NCBI GenBank assembly: GCA_937863685.1
Contig: CALMGM010000010.1
Location: 84,158 to 148,157, forward strand
Source: an uncultured bacterium
GTDB lineage: Bacteria; Edwardsbacteria; AC1; EtOH8
Direction of reading: 5' to 3'
DNA length: 64,000 nucleotides
This document shows, one piece after another, positions 1-8,889 of the stretch. Each line of letters begins with the position of its first letter. Positions within the stretch are counted from its first letter, which is position 1. The position numbers and the translations under genes are program-made. The notes below the pieces were generated by a model. That model saw nothing but the letters and a program-made list of their open reading frames with translations. It was not told the DNA's origin and made no database searches.

Positions 1-2
1 AG

Positions 3-197
3 GCCCAGAAGATACACCTTAAACAATTCTCCCTTATCAAGGCCCTGTTTGTGGAGACCAGCCCGGGGCCGGTCAAAGCCGCTCTAAATCTGATGGGTCT
101 GTGTCACGCTGAAATGCGTATGCCGCTGGTGGAGGTATCGGACACCACCAGGAAACTGCTTAAGGCCGAGATGAAAAAATATGGATTGATAATCTGA
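3..197 (+). CDS. dapA: 4-hydroxy-tetrahydrodipicolinate synthase, C-terminal fragment (5' end outside window)
   Basis: Frame-3 translation ...PGPVKAALNLMGLCHAEMRMPLVEVSDTTRKLLKAEMKKYGLII* resembles the conserved DapA C-terminus (PIPVK..LNLMG motif); TGA at 195-197. Confidence 0.55.
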   Translation, partial: AQKIHLKQFSLIKALFVETSPGPVKAALNLMGLCHAEMRMPLVEVSDTTRKLLKAEMKKYGLII

Positions 198-200
198 CCG

Positions 201-737
201 ATGTCCCGGCTGTTGTTGCATATCTGCTGTGCGCCCTGCCTCTGTTATCCGCATCAGGTGCTGTCGGATGAAAAGGCGGATATCGCAGGCTTCTGGTTCA
301 ACCCCAATATCCATCCTTACCGGGAATACCAGGCGCGACTGGGATCGGTCAGGGATTTTGCCCAAAATCACGGGCTGGAAATGATATATGACGATTCCTA
401 CCCGTTGGAGGAAAATATTTCCCTGTTGCTGAAGGAGCGCTGCCGGGCTTGTTATTCCACCCGGCTGGAGATCACCGCACGGGAAGCCGTCCGCCGGGGA
501 TATGATGGATATTCCACCACCCTGCTGTACAGCATCTATCAGAAACACGACCTGATCAGAGATCTGGGGACGGCCATCGGCAAAAGAAACGGGGTGGAGT
601 TCATCTACCGGGATTTCAGAAAAGGCTGGGAGGAGGGCCGGGCCAAGGCCAAAGAACTTGACCTATATCGCCAAAAATATTGCGGTTGTGTCTTCAGCGA
701 AAGGGACAGATACCTGAAGAATAAAAACCAAATATAA
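201..737 (+). CDS. queH: epoxyqueuosine reductase QueH (DUF208 family)
   Basis: N-terminal LLLHICCAPC cysteine motif and overall DUF208/QueH-like sequence; lies close to queA and tgt. Confidence 0.7.
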   Translation: MSRLLLHICCAPCLCYPHQVLSDEKADIAGFWFNPNIHPYREYQARLGSVRDFAQNHGLEMIYDDSYPLEENISLLLKERCRACYSTRLEITAREAVRRGYDGYSTTLLYSIYQKHDLIRDLGTAIGKRNGVEFIYRDFRKGWEEGRAKAKELDLYRQKYCGCVFSERDRYLKNKNQI

Positions 738-755
738 AATATCAAAAATAAAGCG

Positions 756-1181
756 ATGAGCCGTAATAAAGAAAAAGTGCTGCGTTTTGGAGTTTCGGTG
801 GAAGAGGGTTTGATCGAAAAGTTCGAAAAACTCATCCGGCGCAAAGGATACACCAACCGCTCCGAGGCCATCCGGGACATGATCCGAAGCCTGCTGGCGG
901 CCGAGGCGGCAGACAAGGGCCAGGAGATGGTGGGGGCCATTCTGATAATCTATGACCACCACCGTCCTCGCCTGGTGGAGAAACTGCTGGCCCTGCAGCA
1001 CGATGCCGACGCCGAGATCATCGCTTCCCAGCATGTTCACCTGGACCATCAGCACTGCATGGAGACCATTATCGTCAGGGGACCGGTGGAAAAACTGGAG
1101 GCCCTGCAGGGAAAGATCGGCGCCTTAAAAGGAGTGGGGCAGTGCCTGCTTTCCAAGGCCAGCTGTCAAGTGCTGCATTGA
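756..1181 (+). CDS. nikR: nickel-responsive transcriptional regulator NikR
   Basis: Ribbon-helix-helix N-terminus (RFGVSVEEGLIEKFEKLIRRKGYTNRSEAIRDMIR) plus a C-terminal metal-binding domain with HVHLDHQHC His/Cys cluster; sits directly upstream of a Ni/Co ECF transporter operon. Confidence 0.8.
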   Translation: MSRNKEKVLRFGVSVEEGLIEKFEKLIRRKGYTNRSEAIRDMIRSLLAAEAADKGQEMVGAILIIYDHHRPRLVEKLLALQHDADAEIIASQHVHLDHQHCMETIIVRGPVEKLEALQGKIGALKGVGQCLLSKASCQVLH

Positions 1182-1198
1182 GGAAAGAATAATATTTC

Positions 1199-1227
1199 TT
1201 GACAGGATTTGTCAACCGTGCTACAAT
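1199..1227 (+). promoter_or_regulatory. sigma70-type promoter: TTGACA, 17-bp spacer, TACAAT
   Basis: Perfect -35 TTGACA (1199-1204) and near-consensus -10 TACAAT (1222-1227) read directly; located between nikR and the downstream OMP/transporter genes. Confidence 0.5.
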
Positions 1228-1244
1228 TATAATAATCGTAGCAC
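1218..1244. promoter_or_regulatory. 27-bp dyad GTGCTAC-N13-GTAGCAC overlapping the -10 element; candidate NikR operator
   Basis: Perfect 7-bp inverted repeat arms, read directly. Overall geometry resembles the E. coli NikR operator (6-bp arms, 16-bp spacer). A second dyad TTGACAggattTGTCAA (1199-1215) overlaps the -35 element. Confidence 0.35.
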
Positions 1245-1277
1245 GATTTTATTTTATCGGAGCCCACTGTCCTATAA

Positions 1278-2000
1278 TTGATAAAGGATAAACCCGTGAA
1301 AAAAATGTTCCTTCCCCTGCCCATTATTATAAATATAACTGTTGCCGCAACGCTCTGGGCGGCCCGTCCTTTGTCCACGGACGATGCCGGCACGGTGGAG
1401 AAGGAGAAATTTGAAACCGAGATATCCTTCGATCATTGCCAATCCCGCCCGGAAGGCACTTGCCAGTCACCGGCTTTTTTCATCAAACACGGCCTGACCG
1501 ACCGTTTGGACTTCGGGCTGGGTTTTTCTCACAGCACCGACAAGGATGCCGACGGAAACACGGTGGGTTGGGGGATGTCTCCTTTGGAGATCGGCTTTAA
1601 AATGGCACTGCTGAAAGAAAATCAGACGATGCCGGATATTTCCCTCAGCGCCGGATATGAGACCGGCGGAACGGAGTACGGCCTGAATATGATATTTAGC
1701 CGGGGGTATGGCAATCTTGGGCTGCACGTTAATTTGGGCTATGATTCCCCGGGTGAAGCCATGGCCAAAGGCAGCGTTGGTTCGGCGCTGGCAGCGGAAT
1801 ATACTTTAGCTGGAAAATACCGGCTGTGCGCCGAGTTTAATGCTGAAGCGCTGGACGACGGGTCTGAAGTGGTCGGGAATAGCGGGTTGGTGGGCGGCTC
1901 GCTGGATTTTGGTCTTCTGATCTGGGATGCCGGCCTTCGGTTGCACGATCACCACGGCCCCAAGGCCACCATTACTTCTGGCATCACCGCTGGATTTTAA
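1278..2000 (+). CDS. putative outer-membrane beta-barrel protein (signal peptide; true start possibly GTG 1296 or ATG 1305)
   Basis: Hydrophobic N-terminal signal sequence, alternating beta-strand-like segments, C-terminal aromatic residue (…ITAGF); first gene after the NikR-associated promoter. Confidence 0.4.
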   Translation: MIKDKPVKKMFLPLPIIINITVAATLWAARPLSTDDAGTVEKEKFETEISFDHCQSRPEGTCQSPAFFIKHGLTDRLDFGLGFSHSTDKDADGNTVGWGMSPLEIGFKMALLKENQTMPDISLSAGYETGGTEYGLNMIFSRGYGNLGLHVNLGYDSPGEAMAKGSVGSALAAEYTLAGKYRLCAEFNAEALDDGSEVVGNSGLVGGSLDFGLLIWDAGLRLHDHHGPKATITSGITAGF

Positions 2001-2016
2001 ATAACGGGGAGATCAT

Positions 2017-2883
2017 ATGAGAATCTGGGTTATATCGCTGCTGTCGGCGGGAATTATTCTGACAGGCTGTTCAAAAAATGAAGAGCAGGCCCGGCTGACC
2101 GTGGTTACTTCCTTCTATCCCATGTACATCATGACCGCCAATCTCGCAAAGGATGTTCCCGGTGTTAAATTGGTCAATATGGCCCCGCCGTTCTCGGGTT
2201 GCCTGCATGACTATCAGATGACTCCCCAGGACATGAAGACCCTGAGCCGGGCGGATATTCTGGTGATCAACGGAGCCGGGATGGAATCATTCCTGGACAA
2301 TGCTATCCGGCAAAATACAAAGGTGTCGGTGATAGATGCCAGCAAGAATATTGAATTGATCGAAGAAAACGGCAATGCCAATCCCCATATATTTGCCAGC
2401 ATTTCCGGGGCCATCCAACAGGTGCGGAATATCGAAGCCGGGCTGGAAAAGGCTGATCCTGAACATGTCAAATTATATCGCCGCAATGCAGAGTCATATT
2501 TATCCAAGCTGGAAGTACTGAAAAACAAAATGCATCTGGCTCTCAAAAACGTTAAAAACAGAAATATCATCACCTTCCACGAAGCCTTTCCCTATTTTGC
2601 CCGGGAGTTCGATCTGAACATTCTGGCGGTGATAGAAAGGGAGCCAGGCTCCGAGCCCAGCGCCGGGGAGCTGGCCAGGACCATCGAGTTGGTAAGGAAA
2701 AACAAGATCAAAGCCCTTTTCGCCGAACCCCAGTATCCGGTTAAATCGGCTGAGACCATAGCCCAGGAGACGGGGGCCAAGGTGTATAGCTTGGATCCCG
2801 GCGTCACCGGCTCCATGGAGCCGGATGCTTATATTAAGGCCATGGGGAAAAATCTGGAAGCGCTGAAGGAGGCCTTAAAGTAG
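2017..2883 (+). CDS. periplasmic metal-binding protein, ZnuA/TroA (cluster A-I) family lipoprotein
   Basis: Lipoprotein signal (LTGCS), HDYQMTP motif, NPHIF motif and general ZnuA/TroA-like layout; RBS GGGGAG upstream. Confidence 0.7.
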   Translation: MRIWVISLLSAGIILTGCSKNEEQARLTVVTSFYPMYIMTANLAKDVPGVKLVNMAPPFSGCLHDYQMTPQDMKTLSRADILVINGAGMESFLDNAIRQNTKVSVIDASKNIELIEENGNANPHIFASISGAIQQVRNIEAGLEKADPEHVKLYRRNAESYLSKLEVLKNKMHLALKNVKNRNIITFHEAFPYFAREFDLNILAVIEREPGSEPSAGELARTIELVRKNKIKALFAEPQYPVKSAETIAQETGAKVYSLDPGVTGSMEPDAYIKAMGKNLEALKEALK

Positions 2884-2915
2884 CCTTCATTGAAATATCT
2901 AAGGAGTCATGAACT

Positions 2916-3959
2916 ATGCATATGGCAGATGCCCTGATCTCGCCGGCGGTGGGCGCAACAATGTGGGCCGCTACCGCCGGAGCGGCCGCCTATTCCATCA
3001 AAAAGGTCCAAAGCAAGCTGGATGATAAAAAGATCCCCTTAATGGGAGTGATGGGGGCTTTTATATTTGCCGCCCAGATGATCAATTTTTCCATCCCAGG
3101 GACCGGCTCCAGCGGCCATCTGGGAGGAGGCCTTATTTTAGCCATTTTGCTTGGGCCGTATGCCGGGTTTTTGGCCATGGCTTCCATCCTCATCATCCAG
3201 GCGTTATTCTTTGCCGATGGCGGTCTGCTGGCTCTGGGTTGCAACATCTTCAACCTGGGTTTCTTCACCTGCTTCGTGGCCTATCCTTTGGTTTATAAAA
3301 ATATGATCGGGAAGGAGTTTTTCGCAAAACGGATTATAATTGCATCAATGGTTACCGCCATAATAGGACTTCAGCTGGGGGCTTTCGGAGTGGTCCTGGA
3401 AACGCTGTTCTCCGGGAAAACAGAATTGCCTTTCAGCAGCTTCGTCCTCTTGATGCAGCCCATTCACCTGGCTATCGGGATCGTCGAAGGACTGGTGACG
3501 GCGGCCGCAGTATCCTTTGTATGGAAGGCCCGACCGGAGATAATGGAGAAGGCCGCTTTGAATCAGGCGTTAGGTGCATTGCCCATAAAAAAGGTTATGA
3601 TAGGACTGGCCGCCATTGCGGTTTTCACCGGCGCGGTGCTGTCCTGGTTTGCCTCGTCCCACCCGGACGGGCTGGAGTGGTCAATGTTCAAGACCTCGGG
3701 AAAAGAGGAATTGGAAGCTTCAGGCAACATCCACCAAAAGCTGGCAGCGATTCAGGGGGAAACGGCCTTTTTGCCGGATTACGGATTCAAGGCAGCCGGT
3801 AAAATAGAGCCAACAGAAGAGCAAACAGAAAAATGGCCGGCGGTCAACGGCGGCACCAGCCTATCCGGACTGGTGGGCGGAATGATGACCCTGCTGTTGG
3901 CGGCTTTTATGGGCTTTATAATCAACGTGAAAAACAAAGTCAAAAAAAGATCTGAATAG
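2916..3959 (+). CDS. cbiM: ECF transporter substrate-specific component CbiM/NikM with C-terminal PDGLE domain
   Basis: Typical CbiM N-terminus MHMADALISP (MH… start), multiple TM helices, C-terminal HPDGLEWS motif (PDGLE domain); AAGGAG RBS 9 nt upstream. Confidence 0.7.
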   Translation: MHMADALISPAVGATMWAATAGAAAYSIKKVQSKLDDKKIPLMGVMGAFIFAAQMINFSIPGTGSSGHLGGGLILAILLGPYAGFLAMASILIIQALFFADGGLLALGCNIFNLGFFTCFVAYPLVYKNMIGKEFFAKRIIIASMVTAIIGLQLGAFGVVLETLFSGKTELPFSSFVLLMQPIHLAIGIVEGLVTAAAVSFVWKARPEIMEKAALNQALGALPIKKVMIGLAAIAVFTGAVLSWFASSHPDGLEWSMFKTSGKEELEASGNIHQKLAAIQGETAFLPDYGFKAAGKIEPTEEQTEKWPAVNGGTSLSGLVGGMMTLLLAAFMGFIINVKNKVKKRSE

Positions 3960-4071
3960 AATCCTGATGCAGGGATAAAATCAGGCATAAATAAAGATGA
4001 AAAACCTGTAGCCTTGGTGTCACTGCGGCTTTGTTCAGCAACTGCTTTATGGTAAAAGTTTAAGGAAGCAT

Positions 4072-4881
4072 ATGTCCAATATCGTGAATGCCATGTATAA
4101 CATCCGGCAGTTCGATGAACTGGCCCGCCGGGATTCGCTCATCCATCGGATGCACCCCCTGGCGAAACTGTTGGCCACCCTGGTTTACACTGTGCTGCTG
4201 GTCTCCTACGATAAGTATGCCACCATTGCCCTGCTGCCATTTGTATTCTTTCCGGTATACGTTGCCGCCGCGGCCAAAATTCCCTTAGAACCTCTGCTGA
4301 AGCGTCTTTTGTATATCGAACCGATGATAGTGGGCATCGGCCTTTTGAATCCGTTGTTCGACCACGGCACCGTTGTCGTTTTGGGATATGCCATATCTTC
4401 GGGCTGGCTGATCTTCTTATCCATATTTTTGAAAGGAACTTTGGCCGTGACCTCGGCGCTGCTGTTGATAGCCACCACCGGGATGGACGGGGTGGCGCTT
4501 TCCTTAAGAAAACTGATGGTTCCCAAGATATTCGTCCTGCAGATGATGTTGACCTACCGTTATATTTCCGTTCTGCTGGAGGAGGCCGCCCGAACCGTCC
4601 AGGCCTATGACTTGCGGGCGTTCAGTTCCCAGAGGCTTAAAAGGGAAGTGTGGGGTCCGCTGCTGGGGCAGATCCTTATAAGAACCATGGACCGGGCCCA
4701 GAGGATCTATGATGCCATGTGCCTGCGGGGTTTTTCCGGCGAATACTGCATTGGGAAAGCGGCCCGTCCTGGCTGGAAAGATATTATTTATGTCATGACC
4801 TGGGGAGTATTATCGGCCGCGTTCCGGGGGATAAACCTTCCCCTATGGTTGGGCAACTTGCTTACAGGAGCCGGTAAATGA
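4072..4881 (+). CDS. cbiQ: ECF transporter transmembrane (T) component CbiQ
   Basis: Polytopic membrane protein of CbiQ/EcfT type, between cbiM and the ATPase; stop overlaps the cbiO start (ATGA). Confidence 0.65.
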   Translation: MSNIVNAMYNIRQFDELARRDSLIHRMHPLAKLLATLVYTVLLVSYDKYATIALLPFVFFPVYVAAAAKIPLEPLLKRLLYIEPMIVGIGLLNPLFDHGTVVVLGYAISSGWLIFLSIFLKGTLAVTSALLLIATTGMDGVALSLRKLMVPKIFVLQMMLTYRYISVLLEEAARTVQAYDLRAFSSQRLKREVWGPLLGQILIRTMDRAQRIYDAMCLRGFSGEYCIGKAARPGWKDIIYVMTWGVLSAAFRGINLPLWLGNLLTGAGK

Positions 4882-5636
4882 GCCACCATATAACCGAAGG
4901 CAAAGACCTTTTTTATGCTTATCCCGACGGTCACCAGGCTGTCAATGGCATATCCTTTCGCATCCACCACGGGGAATCGGTGGGCATCATCGGCGCCAAC
5001 GGAGCTGGAAAATCCACCCTGCTGATGCTTTTGACTGGCATTCTGATGCCGGCAAACGGCGAAGTGATCATCGGCGAGGTCAGACTCAATAAAGATAATA
5101 TGGCCATGATAAGACAAAGGCTGGGGATGGTGTTCCAGAATCCCGATGACCAGCTTTTCATGACCACGGTCCATGATGACGTGGCCTTTGGCCCGCGCAA
5201 CCTCAAGATCGACGAGCCCCAGGTAGAGCAGAGGGTGGTCTCGGCCCTGGAGCAGGTCGGCATATTGCACCTTAAGGATCGGGCTCCGTTCCATCTTTCG
5301 GCCGGGGAAAAACGGGCAGCGGCCATCGCCTCAGTGCTGTCCCTGATGCCGGATATTCTGATACTGGACGAGCCGACCTCATCGCTGGACCCCAAGTCCC
5401 GCCGGCGGCTGATGAAAATCCTGGGCGGATTTGAGCATACCAAGATAATCACCTCGCACGATCTGGATATGGTGTTGGATATCTGTCAGCGGGTTATTGT
5501 CATGAAAGACGGACAGGCCATAGCCGACGGCCCGGCCAAAGGTGTTCTGACGAACAAGGTACTGATGGAGGAGGCCGGGCTGGAGATGCCGTTAAGCCTG
5601 CAAGGGTGCCCGGTGTGCGGCGGGGAAAAAACATAG
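4878..5636 (+). CDS. cbiO: ECF transporter ATPase (A) component CbiO
   Basis: Walker A GANGAGKST, ABC signature LSAGEKRAA, Walker B ILILDEPTS. Confidence 0.8.
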   Translation: MSHHITEGKDLFYAYPDGHQAVNGISFRIHHGESVGIIGANGAGKSTLLMLLTGILMPANGEVIIGEVRLNKDNMAMIRQRLGMVFQNPDDQLFMTTVHDDVAFGPRNLKIDEPQVEQRVVSALEQVGILHLKDRAPFHLSAGEKRAAAIASVLSLMPDILILDEPTSSLDPKSRRRLMKILGGFEHTKIITSHDLDMVLDICQRVIVMKDGQAIADGPAKGVLTNKVLMEEAGLEMPLSLQGCPVCGGEKT

Positions 5637-5681
5637 GACACGGATAAACACGGATTTTTGTTAAGTATTGATTTTGACGCA

Positions 5682-5706
5682 GACGCCCTTTTGGGGCGTC
5701 TTTTTT
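5682..5706 (+). terminator. rho-independent terminator after cbiO
   Basis: GACGCCCttttgGGGCGTC hairpin followed by TTTTTT. Confidence 0.6.
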
Positions 5707-5711
5707 ATAAA

Positions 5712-5740
5712 TTGAACAAACCATTATCCTATGCTATAAT
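5712..5740 (+). promoter_or_regulatory. candidate sigma70 promoter for queA (TTGAAC-17-TATAAT)
   Basis: Hexamers read directly; a structured ~150-nt leader follows before the queA ATG. Confidence 0.35.
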
Positions 5741-5908
5741 AAATAAAATAAGAAATCAAACCCCGTCACTCTTTTATTCCTAAGGGAGGGGAGAAAGGGG
5801 ATGAGTTTGTATGTTTTCCGCGGCCTGGATTCCCTTATTCAAGGGAATGACAATAAGACCTTTTGCGTTCTCCGCGGCTCTGCGGTAAAATTAATAGTGT
5901 GATAAATT

Positions 5909-6928
5909 ATGAAACTTTCCGATCTCGACTATAAACTACCCGAAGAATTGATAGCCAAGCAACCCGTTGAGAAAAGGGATGCCTCACGGCTGATGGTGCT
6001 TCATCGCGGTGACGGCCTGATAGAACACCGTCGTTTCAGCGACATTGCTGAATATCTTAACCCCTCCGATATCCTGGTGGTAAACAATACCAAGGTGATC
6101 CCCGCCCGGCTGATCGGGCATAAAAAAGGGACCGGCGGGGAAGTGGAGATTCTTTTATTAAGGCCTGAATCGGATAATCTATGGAACTGCCTGGTTCGTC
6201 CGGGCCGCCGCCTGATGCCGGGGGCACAGGTCGAGTTCAAGGATGGAATGATGGATGCCGAGATCGTCGAACACCGCCCAGGCGGACAGCGGCTGGTCAG
6301 ATTCACTCAGCAGGACGACTTTTATCAAGCCCTGGAAAAGGTGGGACAAGTGCCACTACCGCCATATATCGACCGGGATCCTCATGAGGCGGACAAGACC
6401 CGCTATCAGACCGTTTATGCCAAGGAAAAAGGTGCCGTGGCCGCCCCCACTGCCGGATTGCATTTTACTCCGGAGCTTTTGGCTTCCGTAAAAAACAAAG
6501 GAGTTGAAGTCCTGGAAATTCTTTTACATGTCGGATGGGGAACGTTCAAAGGGGTGGAGGCCGAGGATATTCGGGAGCACAAGATGGATGCCGAGTACTA
6601 CAGCATAAGTCAACCAATAGGCAAAAAATTAGAAAAAGCGAAAACAGAAAATCGGAGAATAATCGCTGTGGGGACCACCACCAGCCGGGCTTTGGAGAGC
6701 TACGGGCAGAGCGGCAAATTATCGGATTGGACCGAGATATTCATCTATCCGCCCTATGAGTTCAAGATCGTCGATGCTTTGATCACCAACTTCCACCTGC
6801 CGAAGTCCACTTTGATCATGCTGGTATCGGCCCTGGCCGGGCGGTCGAAGGTGATGGAGGCCTACCAAGAGGCGATCAAGGAGAGATACCGGTTCTACAG
6901 CTACGGCGACGCCATGCTGATAGTCTGA
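5909..6928 (+). CDS. queA: S-adenosylmethionine:tRNA ribosyltransferase-isomerase
   Basis: Full-length similarity to QueA (MKLSDLDYKLPEELIAKQPV…, TTSRALES, FYSYGDAMLI). Confidence 0.9.
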   Translation: MKLSDLDYKLPEELIAKQPVEKRDASRLMVLHRGDGLIEHRRFSDIAEYLNPSDILVVNNTKVIPARLIGHKKGTGGEVEILLLRPESDNLWNCLVRPGRRLMPGAQVEFKDGMMDAEIVEHRPGGQRLVRFTQQDDFYQALEKVGQVPLPPYIDRDPHEADKTRYQTVYAKEKGAVAAPTAGLHFTPELLASVKNKGVEVLEILLHVGWGTFKGVEAEDIREHKMDAEYYSISQPIGKKLEKAKTENRRIIAVGTTTSRALESYGQSGKLSDWTEIFIYPPYEFKIVDALITNFHLPKSTLIMLVSALAGRSKVMEAYQEAIKERYRFYSYGDAMLIV

Positions 6929-7017
6929 ACCACCCCCAACCCCCTCCTTGATCAAGGAGGGGATGAAGGGGATGTCTATTCATAAAAACTATAACCCATG
7001 AAGTCCAGCGTGAAAAG

Positions 7018-8139
7018 ATGCAATTCAAATTAGAACATACTTCCGGCAAAGCCAGGCAGGGGGCGATCACTACCGCCCATGGGGATATCCCGACGCCCAT
7101 CTTCATGCCGGTGGGCACCCAGGGCACGGTCAAGGCCATGACCCCGCAGGATCTTGAAAACGTCGGCGCCCGGATCATTCTGGGCAATGCCTACCATCTA
7201 TACTTAAGGCCCGGACAGGAGATGGTCAAAAAGGCCGGGGGGCTCCATCAGTTCATGGGTTGGGACCGGCCGATCCTCACCGATTCCGGGGGGTTCCAGG
7301 TCTTCAGCCTGGCCGACCTCAGGAAGATCAAAGAAGAAGGGGTGGAGTTTCAGTCGCACCTGGACGGCTCCCATCATAAATTCACCCCCGAGAATGTGAT
7401 GCAACTGGAAGTGAACCTGGGGGCCGATATCATAATGAATTTCGACGAGTGCATTCCCTATCCCTCCAGCTATGAATATACCGAGGATTCCACCGCCCGG
7501 ACCACCCGCTGGGCCAAAAGATGCCGCCAAAAATTCCTGGAGATGAAAGACGGCGATATCGACAGCCAGGCGCTTTTTGGGATCGTCCAGGGCGGGACCT
7601 ATCCGGAACTTCGCCAGCGCAGCGCCCGGGAAATGGTGGAGATCGGCTTCGAGGGCTACGCCATCGGCGGGCTGGCCATCGGGGAGCCCAAGGAGGCCAC
7701 CTGGGAGGCCATCGAAGCCGCCAACCAGATCCTTCCCGCCGACAAACCAAGATACATGATGGGAGTGGGCTTCCCCGAGGACATCATCAAAGGCGTCTCC
7801 CTGGGGGTGGACATGTTCGACTGCGTGATCCCCACCAGGAATGCCCGCAACGGCAGCCTGTTCACCTCCAATGGCAAACTGGCCATGAAGAACGCAGTAC
7901 ATCAGGATGACCTGGGTCCGGTGGACGAAAGTTGCGACTGCTACCTGTGCCGCAACTTCAGCCGGGCCTATTTAAGGCACCTGTTCATGTCCGGGGAGAT
8001 CCTGGCCGCCCACTTGGCCACGGTGCACAACCTACGGTTCTATCTGGCGATGATGGAAAATATAAGGCAAGCCATATCAGACAATAAGTTTGATGAATGG
8101 AGCCAGGAATTTCTTGGCAGATATCAAAGCCAGCAATGA
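7018..8139 (+). CDS. tgt: queuine tRNA-ribosyltransferase
   Basis: Tgt hallmark segments (HGDIPTPIFMPVGTQGTVK, zinc site CxCxxC…H: CDCYLCRNFSRAYLRHL). Confidence 0.9.
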   Translation: MQFKLEHTSGKARQGAITTAHGDIPTPIFMPVGTQGTVKAMTPQDLENVGARIILGNAYHLYLRPGQEMVKKAGGLHQFMGWDRPILTDSGGFQVFSLADLRKIKEEGVEFQSHLDGSHHKFTPENVMQLEVNLGADIIMNFDECIPYPSSYEYTEDSTARTTRWAKRCRQKFLEMKDGDIDSQALFGIVQGGTYPELRQRSAREMVEIGFEGYAIGGLAIGEPKEATWEAIEAANQILPADKPRYMMGVGFPEDIIKGVSLGVDMFDCVIPTRNARNGSLFTSNGKLAMKNAVHQDDLGPVDESCDCYLCRNFSRAYLRHLFMSGEILAAHLATVHNLRFYLAMMENIRQAISDNKFDEWSQEFLGRYQSQQ

Positions 8140-8154
8140 ACCTGCTGGCTTTTA
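8128..8154 (+). terminator. terminator hairpin overlapping the tgt stop
   Basis: AGCCAGCAatgaaccTGCTGGCT followed by TTT. Confidence 0.4.
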
Positions 8155-8233
8155 AAACATCCCATTATAAGTATTGCTTTTATGGATATAATCCGTATAA
8201 TGGATGGTACATCATATTTCAAAGGAGATATAG

Positions 8234-8866
8234 GTGGAACTGATATTGGTCAGGCACGGCCAGACCCAATGGAACCGGGAACAGATATTCCGGGGGGCAA
8301 AGGACATCGAGCTGGACAAAACAGGGCGCAAGCAGGCCGAGGCCCTGGGGGCCAGGCTCAAATCCCGCAAGATAGAAGCCATCTACTCCAGCTCGCTCAA
8401 GCGGGCCATGTCCACCGCCGAGGCCATTGCCCGCCTGCAGGGCCTGCCGGTGATGGTGGGTCCCGGTCTGGTGGATATGTGTTTCGGGGATTGGGAGGGA
8501 ATGTCTCATCAGGAAGTGAGGCAAAAGTATCCCAAACAATACAAAATTTGGCGGGAGAATCCCTGGAAGGCAAAGATACCAGGGGCCAGCAAGATCAAGG
8601 ATATTCAGGCCCAGTCATTCAAGGCAGTGATGGGCTTGGTGTCCGACAATCCACTGGAATCCACCGTGGTGGTGGTCACCCACCGGGTGATCCTCAAGCT
8701 GATCCTGATGAAGATGCTGAATATGGAGCCGGAGGGTTTCTGGAGTATCAAGCTTTCGTCCTGCGGACTGACCACCGTGGAATGGGACGGTAAAAGGTTC
8801 GTGCTGACCTGCCTGAATGACACCGGACACCTGGAAGACCGGAATATAACACAGATAGATTTTTGA
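8234..8866 (+). CDS. histidine phosphatase family protein (phosphoglycerate mutase-like)
   Basis: N-terminal LVRHGQTQWN catalytic motif; GTG start with AAAGGAG RBS; stop overlaps the next ORF. Confidence 0.65.
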   Translation: MELILVRHGQTQWNREQIFRGAKDIELDKTGRKQAEALGARLKSRKIEAIYSSSLKRAMSTAEAIARLQGLPVMVGPGLVDMCFGDWEGMSHQEVRQKYPKQYKIWRENPWKAKIPGASKIKDIQAQSFKAVMGLVSDNPLESTVVVVTHRVILKLILMKMLNMEPEGFWSIKLSSCGLTTVEWDGKRFVLTCLNDTGHLEDRNITQIDF

Positions 8867-8889
8867 TCAAAGGGAGCATCTTTCTTTTG

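Noticed and set aside
5741-5908. preQ1 riboswitch upstream of queA
   Set aside because: The hairpin and A-rich tail (CCGCggctctGCGG-TAAAATTAATAG) do not match the preQ1-I or preQ1-II consensus loops. queA is also not a typical preQ1-regulated gene.
7204-7902. Long antisense/alternate-frame ORFs inside high-GC genes
   Set aside because: Examples are 7204-7902(-), 17355-18179(+), 17743-18876(-), 22411-23208(-), 23427-24848(+), 24280-25068(-), 27015-28154(-), 31737-32948(-), 50996-51721(-), 53916-54953(-), 56764-57705(-) and 57872-59332(-). They are stop-codon-poor shadows of GC-rich coding sequence. Their translations are Gly/Arg/Pro/His-rich low-complexity and each overlaps a well-supported gene.
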